From the NCBI GenBank assembly GCA_025603075.1, contig MU626262.1, positions 62,001-126,000 of the forward strand: 64,000 bases of DNA, written 5' to 3'. The notes beneath the pieces are model-generated. The model was not told the origin of the DNA. It worked only from the letters and a program-made list of their open reading frames with translations, and ran no database searches. Position 1 is the first letter of the stretch, and every line of letters begins with the position of its first letter. Origin of the DNA: Neoconidiobolus thromboides FSU 785 (Eukaryota > Fungi > Entomophthoromycota). This document shows, one piece after another, positions 1 through 13,300 of the stretch. The position numbers and the translations under genes are program-made.

Positions 1-815
1 AAAAAGTGATTTTTTATAAAATCTTGGAAACTAAAGTTGGGTTCTAAAATTGTCAAATTCGATCCTAACTTAAATTCGAAACTAATTGTATTATTCCAAG
101 TATTTGATGGAATATCGTGTATAAAGTAAGCTGCCATTAGAAAAGCATTTTGGTTTTTACCTTATTATGTTATTTTCAAAAAAGATTCCACTTTAAATTA
201 TGATATGATAGCATAGCTGATAAGCCGAGTAAAGCATTGATGTGATAAAAAAATGTGTTACTCATCCTTCAAAAAACATACATAGTTGGACGTGTTAAAT
301 TGTGCTGTTTGTAATAAGTAGTAAGAAAGCTCATTTTTTAGAATCCAAAAAACCACTCCACTTTAATAATCTATGTTAACTATCTAGTATATCTTTTAGT
401 ATAAGTAATACTCAATAGGCATCTTCATAAATATCTAGAAAGCTGAAAAGCTGGTATTAAGCTAAATTCTATTTTCTAATGCAATAAATCATCTGTTGAG
501 ATTTGCTTACAGACTTTACTATTGAGTATACATTTTATAGCAACTTCAATATTGAATTGATATAATTTTTCGACACTATTCTTCAAAAGTTTTCTATCAA
601 ATCCCTCACATTATATTCGAGAGGTTCTACAGAAATAGAAATGCTTCTTTTTATCTGACAACAATGTAAGCATTGTTTTTTATAGCATTAAAATAAATGT
701 GTTATTTTGATAGATGCTTAAATAAAACTATTTTATCTTGAAGTATAATAGTTGCATATTTTTTGATACGAGATCATGCTTAAACAGAAGGATTTAAAGA
801 TCAGTATTTTTATTT

Positions 816-1440
816 TTATAAAAATAAATTATATATTAAGGAAACAGAAGGAAACAAGACCATTTTTCCATCAACTATGAAATTAATATGGGGGTATTTG
901 TTTGATTTCATTACTTTTTCCATTTTTTAAGCGCTATTTAGGTGGAAAAACTTGCTAGTAAATTCTTAAACAAAAAAGTACATACTTATATTGTTTACAG
1001 AAGAGGTGCTTGGATTTCGTTTATTTAAGCTTAACTCATTTGGATTTGACTCACTTTCATCAAGTTTACTTTCGAATTGGTAGCCACTTTCTTTGAAAAT
1101 TTTACAATAGGACTCATTACAAGTATTATAATAGGATTTATTGAGATTGTATTGATTGATATCACAAGAGATTGGGTTATCTCTAAAACAGAAATACTTA
1201 TTATTGCGTCTGAATTGTTCATTTAAGTTGTGTTTAAAATCTTTTTTGAAATCATCAGCTGATAGATCAATATTGTATTCTTTTGGATTACTTTCATTTG
1301 GTCTACTTTTATAACGTTTATTATTTCCTTTAAACACTTTACAATAAGACTCATTACAAATAGAATAAAAAAAATTTTCAAGGTTGTTAGTGACTATATC
1401 GTTGGTTATTGAACAGTCATCAAAACATCAATAGCTATCT
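816..1440 (-). pseudogene. Cys-rich tandem-domain protein, paralog 1 (5' deletion, in-frame TGA, MITE insertion)
   Basis: Upstream of ORF 966..1337 the same frame reads SY*CFDDCSITNDIVTNNLENFFYSICNESYCK, with TGA at 1428-1430. Removing the MITE at 887..990 restores SSVNNINFIVDGKMVLFPSVSLIYNLFL* (stop 816-818), which matches the tails of the other paralogs. Confidence 0.85.
887..990 (+). mobile_element. ~100-bp MITE inserted in Cys-rich paralog 1
   Basis: ATAT-GGGGGTATTTG...TACATACTT-ATAT. The core matches the other copies (cattactttttccattttttaagcgctattt...tagtaaattcttaaa). The empty site restores the reading frame. Confidence 0.9.
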
Positions 1441-2203
1441 ATACCATTAACATTTGACGATATAATATAAGGACTAGTCAAATAGAAACTAGTAGTTATT
1501 AGATTCAGGACTGCTTTTATTTTTGACCAATATTGTGCTATCTACTATTTCACCTTTATTAGAACTTTAGTAAACTTGATTTTATAGAGTTATTATTATA
1601 TGAAATCAATATAATCATAATTTTTAAAATTCTAGAAAGCTCAAAGAGACTCTAGAAACAACTGAAACTAAAAAAAACATCCTCATTTATAGAACAAGCT
1701 ATCATTCGAATACAGTGTTGGCAATTTTTCTACTTATTCTTGCTTCGAAAAATCCTGTACTTCAACTTATAACCTAATAGTATAATTGTTAAACTATTTA
1801 ACTTGATGTGATAATTAGGATGACACCTATTCCTCGACAAACACGTGTAATTAAATGGGCTAATTTATACTACCTATAGTGAATATTATGAATACCCACT
1901 TTTTTGAAGTTAATAAATTCTTTTACTTGAGTCATGTATTATAACTATCCAATTTATATTTTATTATACTTGACCTCAAATTAGCTCCTTTGTTAATACC
2001 TAAAGGGCTAAAAGGTCTTGATAAACTAATATCTATTTTTCGATGTTATTGGTGATTTGTCTGAGACTTATTATTTGACTTATCGCTAATATATATTTCA
2101 TAGTAACACTGTTATTGGATTAATGTAACTTTTTAAAGTTACCATTTTGAAGTAACCCGATTTTGTGTACCAAAACATATTCCACGTTATCATTATTATA
2201 GAA

Positions 2204-2302
2204 TATGGGAATGTATTTTTATAAGAATTTTGCTAATAATTTTCCACTCAAATAGTGCTTAAAAAATGGAAAAAGTAATAAAGCCAAAAAAACACCCCCA
2301 TA
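2204..2302 (-). mobile_element. MITE copy (reverse orientation, short internal deletion)
   Basis: ATATGGGAATGTATTTTT...AAAAAAACACCCCCATAT; the core is the reverse complement of the family consensus. Confidence 0.85.
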
Positions 2303-2539
2303 TAATAAAATTTCTGAGAAATGCTTCATTTTGATTATACATTTGATTAATTGTTTAATATTAAAGTAGGTTGGTATTTTTTTATAGGCTTAAATATTTT
2401 TATTTTCGTTTATATTATTAGTAAGCTCATTCTAGAGTGAAATGAGATAAGTGGTTTCTAATACACACGTAGTTATCCAAATAAACATTATTTATACAAA
2501 ACCAACGAGTGTGTATATTTGTACTATTATTATTATTAT

Positions 2540-3214
2540 CTAAAGAAGGAGATTACATAATAAAGAAACAGAAAAAAATAGGGCCAACATCCTATTAATA
2601 ACTGAGCTAACGCTATTTACCGAAGAAGTGCTTGGGCTTAGTTTACTTGAATTCGATTCACCTTGACTTGATACACTTATAGTTGGTCTACTTTGGGTTG
2701 ATTCACTTGCGCTTATACTTTGGCTTGTCTGATTTTCCTTCGATTCATCTGTGTTTTTTTTGCTTTTAAATTGTTTGTTACTGTCTTTAAAAATTTTGCA
2801 ATAAGAGTCCTAACATATAGAATAAAAGCATTTGTCGAGATCGTTTAAGATCATATCACTGGCTATCACACCATTAAATCAGCAGTAGCTATCCTTGCAT
2901 GTAGTTGTCCCATTTGAACTCTGTTTAAAGTCTTTTTTAAAATCACTAGCCATTAAATTAACATTAAATTCATTTGGTTTATTTGAATTTGGTTTACTTT
3001 GATATTGTTTGTTGTTTCCTTTGAAAACTTTACAATTAGACTCGTTACAAATAGAATAGAAACATTTATCAAGATTGTTTGAGCTTATATCACTAGCAAT
3101 CCAGTCACTGAAGCAGCAAAAATTACCCTCGCATATTACTGGCTCACTCCGATTTGAATTAAAAAATAGACTTAAGCTATTATCTAACAAATCAATAGTA
3201 TAGTTCCTACTCAT
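2540..3214 (-). pseudogene. Cys-rich tandem-domain protein, paralog 2 (two in-frame stops)
   Basis: The frame of ORF 2879..3214 continues past TGA: SYC*FNGVIASDMILNDLDKCFYSIC*DSYCKIFK...Ser-rich...INRMLALFFSVSLLCNLLL* (stop 2540-2542). The 675 nt are colinear with 4291..4929. Confidence 0.85.
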
Positions 3215-4290
3215 AATATGTATCGTATAGTAAAAGTTAATATTTTATAAAAAACGAAAATTCTTTTATTTATTTTTGACATTTAATGATGTAATATAAG
3301 AACTGGTTGAATATTTCCCATTAGTTATCATGATCAAAGGATACTTTTACTTTCAGTCAGTGTTGTCATCTGGCTCTTAAATTTAGTGAGGAATTTATCA
3401 AATTAGTTCTTATTGGGCTATTGTTATACAAAATCAATAAAATTACAAATTTCGAAAATTTACCTTAAAGTTGAATTTTGGAATTATTAAATATAACCCT
3501 AGGCCAAATCAAAAAATATTTCTTTCAAGTACTTGATAAAATATTATACATAAAATAAGTCACCATTAGAGCATCATGCCTCTGTTTCATCTTACCATAC
3601 CTGTTTCAGCAGATAGGTCATGTTAAATATGACTTAATAATTCAATTAATAAACTGGTTTAGATGTTTATTCTTAGATAAATACATATGATTTAATTGGG
3701 CCAATTTATACTTTTGTAGTAAAGTGTATAAATAGTCATTTTATAATAGTAAAATAAAATGGTGTTGGGAGATTCTTATATGTAACTGCTTAGTTTGTTC
3801 GTTATCATGACTGGTCTTCAATCAAGACCTCTGGGAGTACCCAAAGAGCTGAAATGTTATTGATGAAATAAGCTCTATTCTCTAATGTACTGTATTGTAC
3901 ATTTAGCATTTATTTTTGAAATTGTCCTATCAAGATTTAAATTCTATAGTAATATAAAGCTATTAGATTAATCCCGTTTAAATTTCTTGATATAATTTTG
4001 TAGAACTTTATGAAGAATTAACCATATTATTTTGAAGATTTTATAGTATAAAATAAAAACGTTTACGTTTTTTTATTCTCTAGTATTGCATTTGATTATT
4101 ATTAATATGAAAACATGTTGGTAAATATTTACAGTACAAAATAAGGAACTTTGGTTTATAAAATATTATAAGGTAATAATCATTTTGGAAAAAGGCACCA
4201 ATTTTTACCATGATGCATATTATCAAGCTAAACAGAGGATGTTTAGTTACCAAAGTTAGTAAATGTATTATAAAAGCCATTTATTCTCGT

Positions 4291-4929
4291 TTATAAAAAC
4301 AAATTGGATAATAAGAAAAAGCAAAAGAATAAAATCAATTTTCTACTGATTGTTGAGTCGCCTAAATTTGATTTACTCAAGCTTGATTTACTTTGACTTG
4401 ATTTATTTATATTCGATTTACTTTGACTTGATTCACTTGTGCTTGGTTCAGTTATATCTAGCTTTAAAGGTCGTTGGCTTTCAAACTGATTGTTACTTCC
4501 TTTAAAAACTTTACAATAAGACTCACTACAAACAGAGTAAAGGCATTTATCGAGATTGTTTAAGATTATATCATTGGTCATTGTATCGTTAAAGCAGCAG
4601 TAATTACCCTTGCATATGGTTGTTCTATCTGAGTTCTGGTTAAGCTCTTTTTGGAGCTCATCAGCAGCTGAATCAATGGTATATTCGTTTGGTTTATTTA
4701 GAATTGGTTTGCTTGGATATTTTTTATCACTTCCTTTAAAAACCTTACAATAAGACTCGTTACAAATAGAATAGAAGCATTTATCAAGATTGTTTAAGAT
4801 TATACCACTAATAACCCAGTCCTTGAAACAGCAAAAATTGTTGGTGCATATTATTGGCTCATCTGGATTTTGGTTAAGAAATGATTTTAAATCGCTGTTG
4901 AGTAAATTAATAGTATAATTCCTATCCAT
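4291..4929 (-). CDS. Cys-rich tandem-domain protein, paralog 3 (intact, 212 aa), unknown function
   Basis: Two ~80-aa repeats each contain C-x4-CC-x16-C-x4-C-x4-C, followed by a Ser/Lys-rich stalk and hydrophobic C-terminus (LILFFCFFLLSNLFL). Three neighbouring paralogs support it as a real gene. Confidence 0.8.
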   Translation of the reverse strand: MDRNYTINLLNSDLKSFLNQNPDEPIICTNNFCCFKDWVISGIILNNLDKCFYSICNESYCKVFKGSDKKYPSKPILNKPNEYTIDSAADELQKELNQNSDRTTICKGNYCCFNDTMTNDIILNNLDKCLYSVCSESYCKVFKGSNNQFESQRPLKLDITEPSTSESSQSKSNINKSSQSKSSLSKSNLGDSTISRKLILFFCFFLLSNLFL

Positions 4930-5789
4930 ATTATGTATTGTATAGCAAAGGCTAACGTTAAAAAAAAGATTTTCAAGCTATTGTGTTCCTTGATAAATGT
5001 GTCCCTGACTTACCCCATTGCCCCACCTGTTTGCCATAAGTAACCAATCATCTCACACAACCAAACTTTAGCCTTCAAATTTCTTCCCTTAGAATAGCCA
5101 CCATCAAGATAAAGAGGTTAGCTAACTGTTGTGCTGCATGATAAAAATGCTCATATTGTACATGTAGAAAACAGACAACCAAATTCAGTTTAAATTTGTA
5201 AAAATTTTAACCTTTTATCAGACATTCTAAATTTTCCTTGCTCAAATGGATCATGATTTCAAGCTCTTTTATACAATTAAATTTATATTTTTTAAAATTC
5301 AATATTCAAAGGATTAATTTAATTTAATTTAAAAGCTATTTTTGAATAATCAACTATAAGTTAGTATTTAATAATAGTTAAAAGTAGTTTTTACTTGATT
5401 AACTAGACATAGATTGAAAAACCTTAGTTTATGTAATTAAGATAAATTTAAGTTAATAAAAATAGTATATAATAAGTCATAGATTATGTAAAATAAGTAA
5501 TATTATCATAAAATTTATGTAAAATACTATAATATTAAAAAATAATTTGGTAGAAAGCCTTGAATTGTTAATTGTTATATTAAGAATTTTTTAATATTCT
5601 AACTAGGTGGCTATATATAAAAAGCATGATAGCAGTTATTTTTTATTATAATTGCTAAATATGAATACTAAAATACAAAAATAATATTTTTTATAGCAAA
5701 CTTAAATAAAAAATTTTAAACTAATTATACCTGAATATGAAAACACAACAACTTTTGATAGTAAAATCATTTAGAGCTAATTAAATTTA

Positions 5790-5823
5790 CTATATGCGAA
5801 TGTTTTTTTGATTTCATTACTTT
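5790..5823 (+). mobile_element. MITE left-end fragment, directly abutting the LTR-like repeat
   Basis: ATATGCGAATGTTTTTTTGATTTCATTACTTT matches the MITE 5' end. Confidence 0.6.
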
Positions 5824-6287
5824 TGTGAAATCTGGTACTCAGTGATTGGAGTCAAAAACAGCTATTGACTGGTTGACTACACTATAATTCGAAAGGTCTT
5901 AGTTTATGTGACTAAGATAGGCTTGGATTATGAGGAATAGCACGTAATAGGTTACAAGCTATATAAGACAAATAGAATAGACAATACTAATTTAAGATCT
6001 ACGTAAAATACTATTAAGAAAACTTAGTGATTTTATCAAATGTACCAGATATCAGAGAATAACTCAGTTAAAAACCCTCCAGGTACTGTGTTTTAGAATC
6101 TTTTTTATACTCCGATAAGTATACATATCAAAACAAAGGGAGAATATTCTTTGAGACGAAGATAGAAATTCTCATATCAAATCAAACTAAGAACGTGGGA
6201 TTAATTTTCTCTGAACTCGAGAACACAACAGCTTAGACGATTATTATGCTATAATTAACCATGGGACTGACAAAGCGATATTTTACA
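5824..6287 (+). mobile_element. Solo-LTR-like dispersed repeat, copy 1
   Basis: About 465 bp closely similar to 23537..24000. Starts TGTGAAA, ends TTTTACA, and has an internal TATATAAG. No matching TSD seen. Confidence 0.65.
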
Positions 6288-7274
6288 ACATAACAATAAA
6301 CTACATTGTTATCCAGTATCTGATACATAAAAAAAAGCGATATAGTTCCAATTAAAGTTATGGAGTCTATAGAAAATACAAAAATTAAAAGATCAATCCC
6401 AGCTTATCTTGCGAAAATAACAGAGAATTTAAAATTTTCGATATTTACCAAGCAAGTAAGTAGTTTGTTAAATGATAGAAATAGACTATTAAATGTTAAT
6501 ATTACTTAAGTTATTAATAGCCAAGTTAATAAATGGTCAAAGAGCAAGTAATAATAATAAGTAAAAACTATCACCATATTACTTGTATTACATAGGGATA
6601 ATTAATCATAGTTCTGAGGCTAACCACTCCCCCTCATGCAACTATTTATTAACTTGGTGGTATATCAATAATGTAATTATAATATTGAAGTAGTATTTGT
6701 TTAATAGCAAATCTGTGGTGTTGGCTGTAAAGTAGTCAATAATAAACATGTCTCAATAAAGTTTTATAAGGACATGCACTTGTTTAGATATTACAACTTT
6801 GGCTGATATTAATATATAGTATATTGGTAAAAGCCTTGTTAATCTGGGAATTTTTATTAGATCTAGCAGAAATTTAGCTAGCATATAGTATAAACTACAA
6901 TAAAATAACTTAGAACTGTGTCGAATACTTTTGCTTTTTAATAAAAATTTGTTTTGTAGAATTTCAAGCAGCTTTTAAAATACAAAATATTCAAAAATTA
7001 GATAAAAAATGAAAATAACTTAGACATCCCCATATGGTTTTTTTTGATCCTTATCAATAAGTACTATATTTGATTATCCATTGATAGCAATGTAGATTTT
7101 TATCCTTTTATATATTAAAACAGCGTCTTTATTCTTATAAAAAAGGTATATGGTCGATATATTTCGAAAAAGGAAAACAAATCATTATTACTTAAAATAA
7201 AGTAAAGTGGAAATTGAATTCAAATTGTTATTAGTTACATAAAATCAATAAAAGGACACATTTAACAATTATAT

Positions 7275-7930
7275 TTAAAGAAGGATGTTTGACAATAGAG
7301 AAAGCGAAAAAAGTAACATTCGCTTTTGATTAATCATCCAATTATTGAAATTTACCGAAGAGGAGCTAGAATTCGATTTATTTGAACTTGGTTTTGATTC
7401 TTCCAATTTTACTTGACTTCTATTAGATTTATTTACTGTTAGTCCGCTAAATTGTTGATTTTTTCCATTAAAACTATTACAAAAGGACTCATTACAAATG
7501 GAACAAAAACATTTATCGAAATTATTTCGAATTATATCACTAGTCATATCATCTCGAGAGTGACAATAGTTATTATGACATAGAGCTGTTTCAGTTGAAC
7601 TTTAATTAAAGTAGTTATTAAAGCTATCGAATGATAAATTTATAGTATAGTTTTTTGACTATTTGCCTTTAAACTATCATGATTCAATGTATTAACATTG
7701 GCTTTGCTTTCAAATTGTTGCCTATTTCCTTTAAAAATTTTACAATAAGATTGATTACAAATAGAATAAACTCATATATCAAGATTACTCATAGCTGTAT
7801 TGTTAACCGTTTTATTACCAAAGTAGCAGAAAGTTTCATTACACATTGTTGGTTCTGTTGGACTTCGGTTAAAATAGCTATGTAAGTCATAAGCTGCTAA
7901 ATAAATAGTATAATATTTATTTCTAGTCAT
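7275..7930 (-). pseudogene. Cys-rich tandem-domain protein, paralog 4
   Basis: ATG at 7930 gives MTRNKYYTIYL...CNETFCYF...NLDI*VYSICNQSYCKIFKG (TGA at 7772-7774). A frameshift and a TAA follow, then ORF 7275..7547 with the second Cys unit and the tail KRMLLFSLSLLSNILL. Confidence 0.8.
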
Positions 7931-8058
7931 GTTTTTGAGTAAGCTGCTGATGTTTCTTATAAAAGATTTTTAGTTCGATTTATACATTTGACGGTATAGT
8001 ACATAATATATCAACTAATTAAATAGAGTATTATATTTATTACTTTTAATATAATATT

Positions 8059-8097
8059 TTTTAGTAAAATTCTTAAATACAAAACACATTCCCATAT
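8059..8097 (+). mobile_element. MITE right-end fragment
   Basis: TTTTAGTAAAATTCTTAAATACAAAACACATTCCCATAT matches the MITE 3' end. Confidence 0.6.
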
Positions 8098-8418
8098 GAC
8101 TTTAAAGCTAAAATTGCCAAATTAAGATCTTATACAGCAATTATATTTGATAGTATTCTTAGCACATTATGCTTATTAAGAACTTTTATTGTACAGACTT
8201 AAAAGCAAATTTAAAGTATTCCACAAAGTAAAAATAAACAGCTTGAAAATTTATAGCCAAAATTGTTAGGATTAGATATAAATTTTCAATTTACATTGTA
8301 ATATTTAAATTTTTGGATATTTGGTGAAATTTTTTTATTTCAGCTTGTTGAAATTCAGTTAAAACAAGTGTGATATGTCAAAAGCACTGTATTTTTGTTA
8401 TTATAGAAATCAATTTTA

Positions 8419-9408
8419 TTAACAAACATTTCTATGGTTAAAATTAATAAAATATTCTTTATGCGTATCTCTACTTAAATATGCAATCGATACTTTTTGA
8501 GAACAATCAGGATCTTCAAAGTAAGAAGAATCACATTGAATAGCATTACCATCTTTATCAATAAAGATTTCATTATTAAAGTGGATATAATTATATACAA
8601 TATAAGAAGGGAAACGAGGTACCTCATCATAATAGTTAGCCACTCTTGAGCTATGGAATTGATGGCTATTGAAATTTTGAACAAACTCATAATTTCCAAC
8701 TCTAGGTTGTCCATAAGTAAACAAATACAATTTATCTTCATTTAATTGTAACTTGGATTGAATGTCTAGTATCATTAAACTAGCTAATGCACCACCTAGT
8801 GAATGCCCATAAAGTTTTAATTTATAATTTTTGTATTGTTCTTGTTTATATAAATCTGCCAATTTTGATATTATATTTTGTGAAACCGAATCTATACTCA
8901 TTTTATAGCCAAGATGAACCTTAAGTGATGGAGAATTTGAATCAAGTGGAGTGGATTGAAAAAGATAATTCATAAATTGATTTGTTAAAGTTGTAGAGCC
9001 ACGAAAGATTAATCTAAAGATATTTTCCTGTTCGTCTTTTACAAGGATTGCAAAAACTTCCATTTTATGGCTATAAAAAGAAGTTACAAATACATTATTG
9101 GGAACTAATAAGCATGATTGACATTTCCATTCTTTTAGCAGATTTTGGTTACATGGTGCCACTGAAGCATAAATAGCGCCTTCTTGGATTTCTTCAATAG
9201 TATTGTTTCTAAGTTTACTAGTTACTTTGCTAGTTGCTGTTTTCTTTTTCTTTATAAATCGATTCTTTAATATCATTCTTAGCAGGGATAAATGACTTAA
9301 ATTGTATCTTGCACTTAAGCTTCTTGCCTCTTCATCTGGACTAAAATCCACCTGGATTGTGATTTGTATTACTAAAATTAAATAGAAAATAATGGATTTA
9401 ACTAACAT
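8419..9408 (-). CDS. Secreted class-3 (Rhizomucor-type) lipase, subfamily A
   Basis: Hydrophobic N-terminus, FRGS, GHSLGG nucleophile motif, TYGQPRVGN, DEVPRFP, CDSSYFEDPDCS and a C-terminal His. 329 aa, intronless. Confidence 0.92.
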   Translation of the reverse strand: MLVKSIIFYLILVIQITIQVDFSPDEEARSLSARYNLSHLSLLRMILKNRFIKKKKTATSKVTSKLRNNTIEEIQEGAIYASVAPCNQNLLKEWKCQSCLLVPNNVFVTSFYSHKMEVFAILVKDEQENIFRLIFRGSTTLTNQFMNYLFQSTPLDSNSPSLKVHLGYKMSIDSVSQNIISKLADLYKQEQYKNYKLKLYGHSLGGALASLMILDIQSKLQLNEDKLYLFTYGQPRVGNYEFVQNFNSHQFHSSRVANYYDEVPRFPSYIVYNYIHFNNEIFIDKDGNAIQCDSSYFEDPDCSQKVSIAYLSRDTHKEYFINFNHRNVC

Positions 9409-9436
9409 TTTTTAAATATTTTTATTGTTGAATTTA

Positions 9437-9473
9437 TTTTTATATAGTTCTATTAATGATCAAGTATTTTAAT
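9437..9473 (-). promoter_or_regulatory. Conserved core-promoter block of subfamily A lipases
   Basis: Minus strand ATTAAAATACTTGATCATTAATAGAACTATATAAAAA matches ATTAAAATACTTAGCCATTAATGCGATTATATAAAAA at 56934..56970 and TACTTAGCCATTAA at 49676..49689. Confidence 0.55.
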
Positions 9474-10336
9474 TGATGATTTATTTGAATTAAATTAAAT
9501 TAAACTAATACTAATATTAATATAGTTCTCAATCAAATGATGAACATCGAGAATTTCCAACTCACATAGTTGTCAAAAAAGTATTAGATCAATTTTCTCA
9601 ACTATTTTTTTTGGAGAAAACTATACCCGTTGGAAATCGTGTATATGACTTGTTAAAATCTTCATTTCGATTTTGCCCAATTTAGATTAAAAATCTAAAT
9701 TGAGAATTAAGTATTGTATTGCAAAAATGTTTTTTACTCAATTTTAAAATAACTTGGATAAAGTAGAGTGTTTTTTTCATTTCATCACTTTTTTGTTTTT
9801 AAGTACAGTTTGAGAGGAGAGATTTTGATAAATTAAACAAAAAAATATCCCCAGATTGTTTTTTTATTCAATTTTAGTTCACACTTTGTTTAAAATTTGA
9901 TGCTACATAAAAAATGAACAAAAATAATCAACATTCAAATTTATCTATGATTATAGTATTTAACATTTAACAATATCTATTTAAAACTTTAATGATCAAT
10001 AGTATTTTAATTTATATTCGATAAAATTAAGATAACCAAATGTGGATTTGGTCCTATTTTTAGAATAAAACTGAAGATAATAATACTAAATTTTAAATAT
10101 ATTAAACTAACTCCTATCTACTTCGGTATAAGATTTTCAACAAAACAAACAGCCATTTTTATAAAAAACAAACTTTTTGTTCTAAAAATTTATTAGGAAA
10201 TCATAAAACAATCACACAAATTTCATCAAATTTCTTAAAATCTCTATAAAAAAACAACCTAATCAACTATTAACTTCATCCAACTGCTTTATTCATTATT
10301 TATTTTCCTTTTGTTTTATACTTTATACTTTATACT

Positions 10337-13300
10337 TTATCCAATCAATGCTCCTTCGAGTTTACAAAATTCTAAAAACTCTTTTAGCTTTTTATCTCCT
10401 TTCAACGTTCTTTTCGACCCGATTATGATCAACTTTTTCTTCGCTCGAGTCAATGCCACATTGATTCTTCTCCAATCTTTTAACAAAAAACCCAACTCTT
10501 CTGTATCATTATTCCGAACTGCAGAAAACAAAATTAAATCAAATTCTAATCCTTGGACTTTATCAATTGTAAATAGATTCTTTATTTCCAAATTACGACT
10601 CAAGAGTTGTGAGCTAATGGCTGCTAATTGAGCTTTATAAATGGATAATAAAGCCAAATTATTGAAATTAAAGTTTTGCTTCTTTAATTCTAATAAGAGG
10701 ATGATTATTATTTTAATTTCTACTTTATTAATTATTGATTTCTTTTTTTTACTCTCTTGACAATTAAGAAATTGATCTGTATTTAAAAATATCACTGATT
10801 GATTACTATCAAATACTCGACTAATTAAACATTTTTTAGAACATACAGAATGTTCGTTTGGTAATTTAATTAAAGTGTTATTACTATTAATTAATTCACA
10901 TTCAACTTCCTTATCCCATTCCTTATTTTGATCTATCAATTCCAGCTTCGCCTCCAACACCTTCTTATTATTACATTTCAACTTTCCTTCATACGTTAAC
11001 GAATTAGTTAATTTCATAATCCCTAAATTCATTCTATATTGATAACTCAACATAATTACATTATCTCCTTTTTCATCCTCTCTTACTCCTTCGTTCTTTT
11101 CTTTTTTCAATAGCCAGTGAAATAAACTCATTTCCATTCCCTTCTTTTTTGCCTTAATATTCCTTACTATAGGTGGTAATTGATATGGGTCTCCAATTAA
11201 CAAAAATTTATCACTTTTTAGCAAACCACCTAAACTTAACGGTAAATTGATTTGCGTGGCTTCATCTAATATACAATAATTAAATTGAAAATAATTGATT
11301 ATTTTATCTTTCAATCCAATACAAGTTGATATTATAATTCTCGTACTTTCCAACACTTTTCTTATACTACCTTCTTCTAGGGCTTTATTATTAAATGAAT
11401 ATTTTATCACTTCCAAATCCATTTTACTTTCATTACCTAATCTCAGTATTCCTTTAACATTTAATCTATGTAACTTCTTTAATATTCCATCGACAGCTGA
11501 ATTTGTATGTGAAGTTATTAATATTTTTGTATTTTTATTAAGTTTTATTAATATATAAATAACTATACTAATCCATGTACTTTTTCCTGTTCCTGGCATA
11601 CCTATTATTAAATAATATTGTTTCATATTTAATATTTTTATTAATCCATTATATTGATCAGTATTTAATTGAATGGGCAATTCTGATATTATTTGGTCAA
11701 TATAATTGATATCAATATTATTATTATTATTATTAACCATACTATTGTTATTATTTAATATCAAATCCTTAATATTGTTATTATCACTTCTATTATCATT
11801 TTCTTCCTCATAAATAATTAAATCTCTTAATTTGATTAAATTATCTTCATGACCCATCAGTAAACCAATCAAATTACTCCTCAATAAATGAAAATAACTA
11901 ACATTTTCATTTTTAATCATCTTCAACTTTATATCTTTAAAATTCATTATGTCCTTTTCAATTTGAATTTGAATTTCTTTTTCATTAATATTTCGAATGT
12001 TTCCCATAAAAGTTAGCTTTTGAAATTCATCTTGTAGTAAAATAGATTCCCCGATTTCAATCTCTTTATCTTTTATTTGGTTTTTAATAGTTATTAAATA
12101 TTCTTGTTGATTTGGTAATATTATATCTTCAATATCATCATTATTCTTTATTTTATTATAACTATTTTTATTACTATTTATTGTTTCACAATTTAAAACA
12201 TTAATTTTATTGATTAAAATTCCATCAATAGAATTGAATTCCTCTCCTTTAATAAACTGATATTTTTCATTTAATAACTGACCTTCTTCTAAATTAATAA
12301 ATAAATTCCAATAATTAAAAAATTTCATTTCTTTTTTTTTTAAATGATTTAATTGGTTCTCCATCAATTCTATTAAGCCTTCATCTTTAATTTCATTATT
12401 ATTATTATTATTATTGTCTTCTATTTTATAATATAAAAAACAAGTTTGATTTAACGAACAATTTTGACAGTTAAATTTGTTATTTAATAAATTACCAAAA
12501 TTGATATTTTCATTCTTACCATCCCACTGCTTTAACTTAACTATTAATTCATTTCTTTTAAATAATATCAATTTAATCTCTTCAAAATTATAATTTATTA
12601 GTTTCATTTCTTCTTTTTCTTTTTCATTAAAATAATATAGATATCCTTGATTAATTTCTTCTTTATTATCTTCTTTTATTTCATTCATTAATAATTGATA
12701 TAATAGTAATTGTGCTTGATGATTGATTGATACTTTATTTTTTCCTGTTTTAAATTCTATTGGTAATCTACTTGCTATATTCCTATCAGTTATCCCCTTA
12801 CTCATATTAAAGTACTTTACTATTTTATTTTCCTTTTTATTTTCATTAACATTTAGAATAATATCCACTTTACCCTTCAATCCTAATTGCATTGAAACAA
12901 TACTTTCTTCAACTAAAACATTATCAGTACTCAACTTAATACCTACTGAATTCTCCCCGTCCCCCAAATAATTTTTAAAAAAATTCAAAAATCTTCCAAC
13001 TTGTTTTAATAATTCTAAATAAATTTCATTTTCACTAAAATTATTTAAAATAATTTCTAATTGTTTGTTTTGAACACATATTTTCATAATTAGCTGAATT
13101 TCTTCTTCTTGAAATTTTTGATATTTTAAACAAGTTTGTAATACATCATGTAATAGAATACCCATTAACATAGAATAAATTTGTTTTTTATTAGTTTCTA
13201 ATTGATAAACCTTTATAGTCAACAGTGATCTTCGTGAACATGAAAATGCATCTGCTAAATGAGTCGTATTAATTAATAATTTTGGAAACAATATCAAATA

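Noticed and set aside
6300-6560. Short open stretch downstream of LTR-like copy 1 as a retrotransposon internal region
   Set aside because: No TGG-initiated primer-binding site after the CA end and no gag/pol motif recognised.
816-7930. TGA recoding (selenocysteine or Cys): three Cys-rich paralogs each have an in-frame TGA exactly at a conserved Cys (1428, 2879, 7772)
   Set aside because: The same copies also carry a TAG, a TAA, a frameshift, a 5' deletion or a MITE insertion. TGY>TGA is a single substitution, and other genes here use TGA as a normal stop. A SECIS/tRNA-Sec search would settle it.
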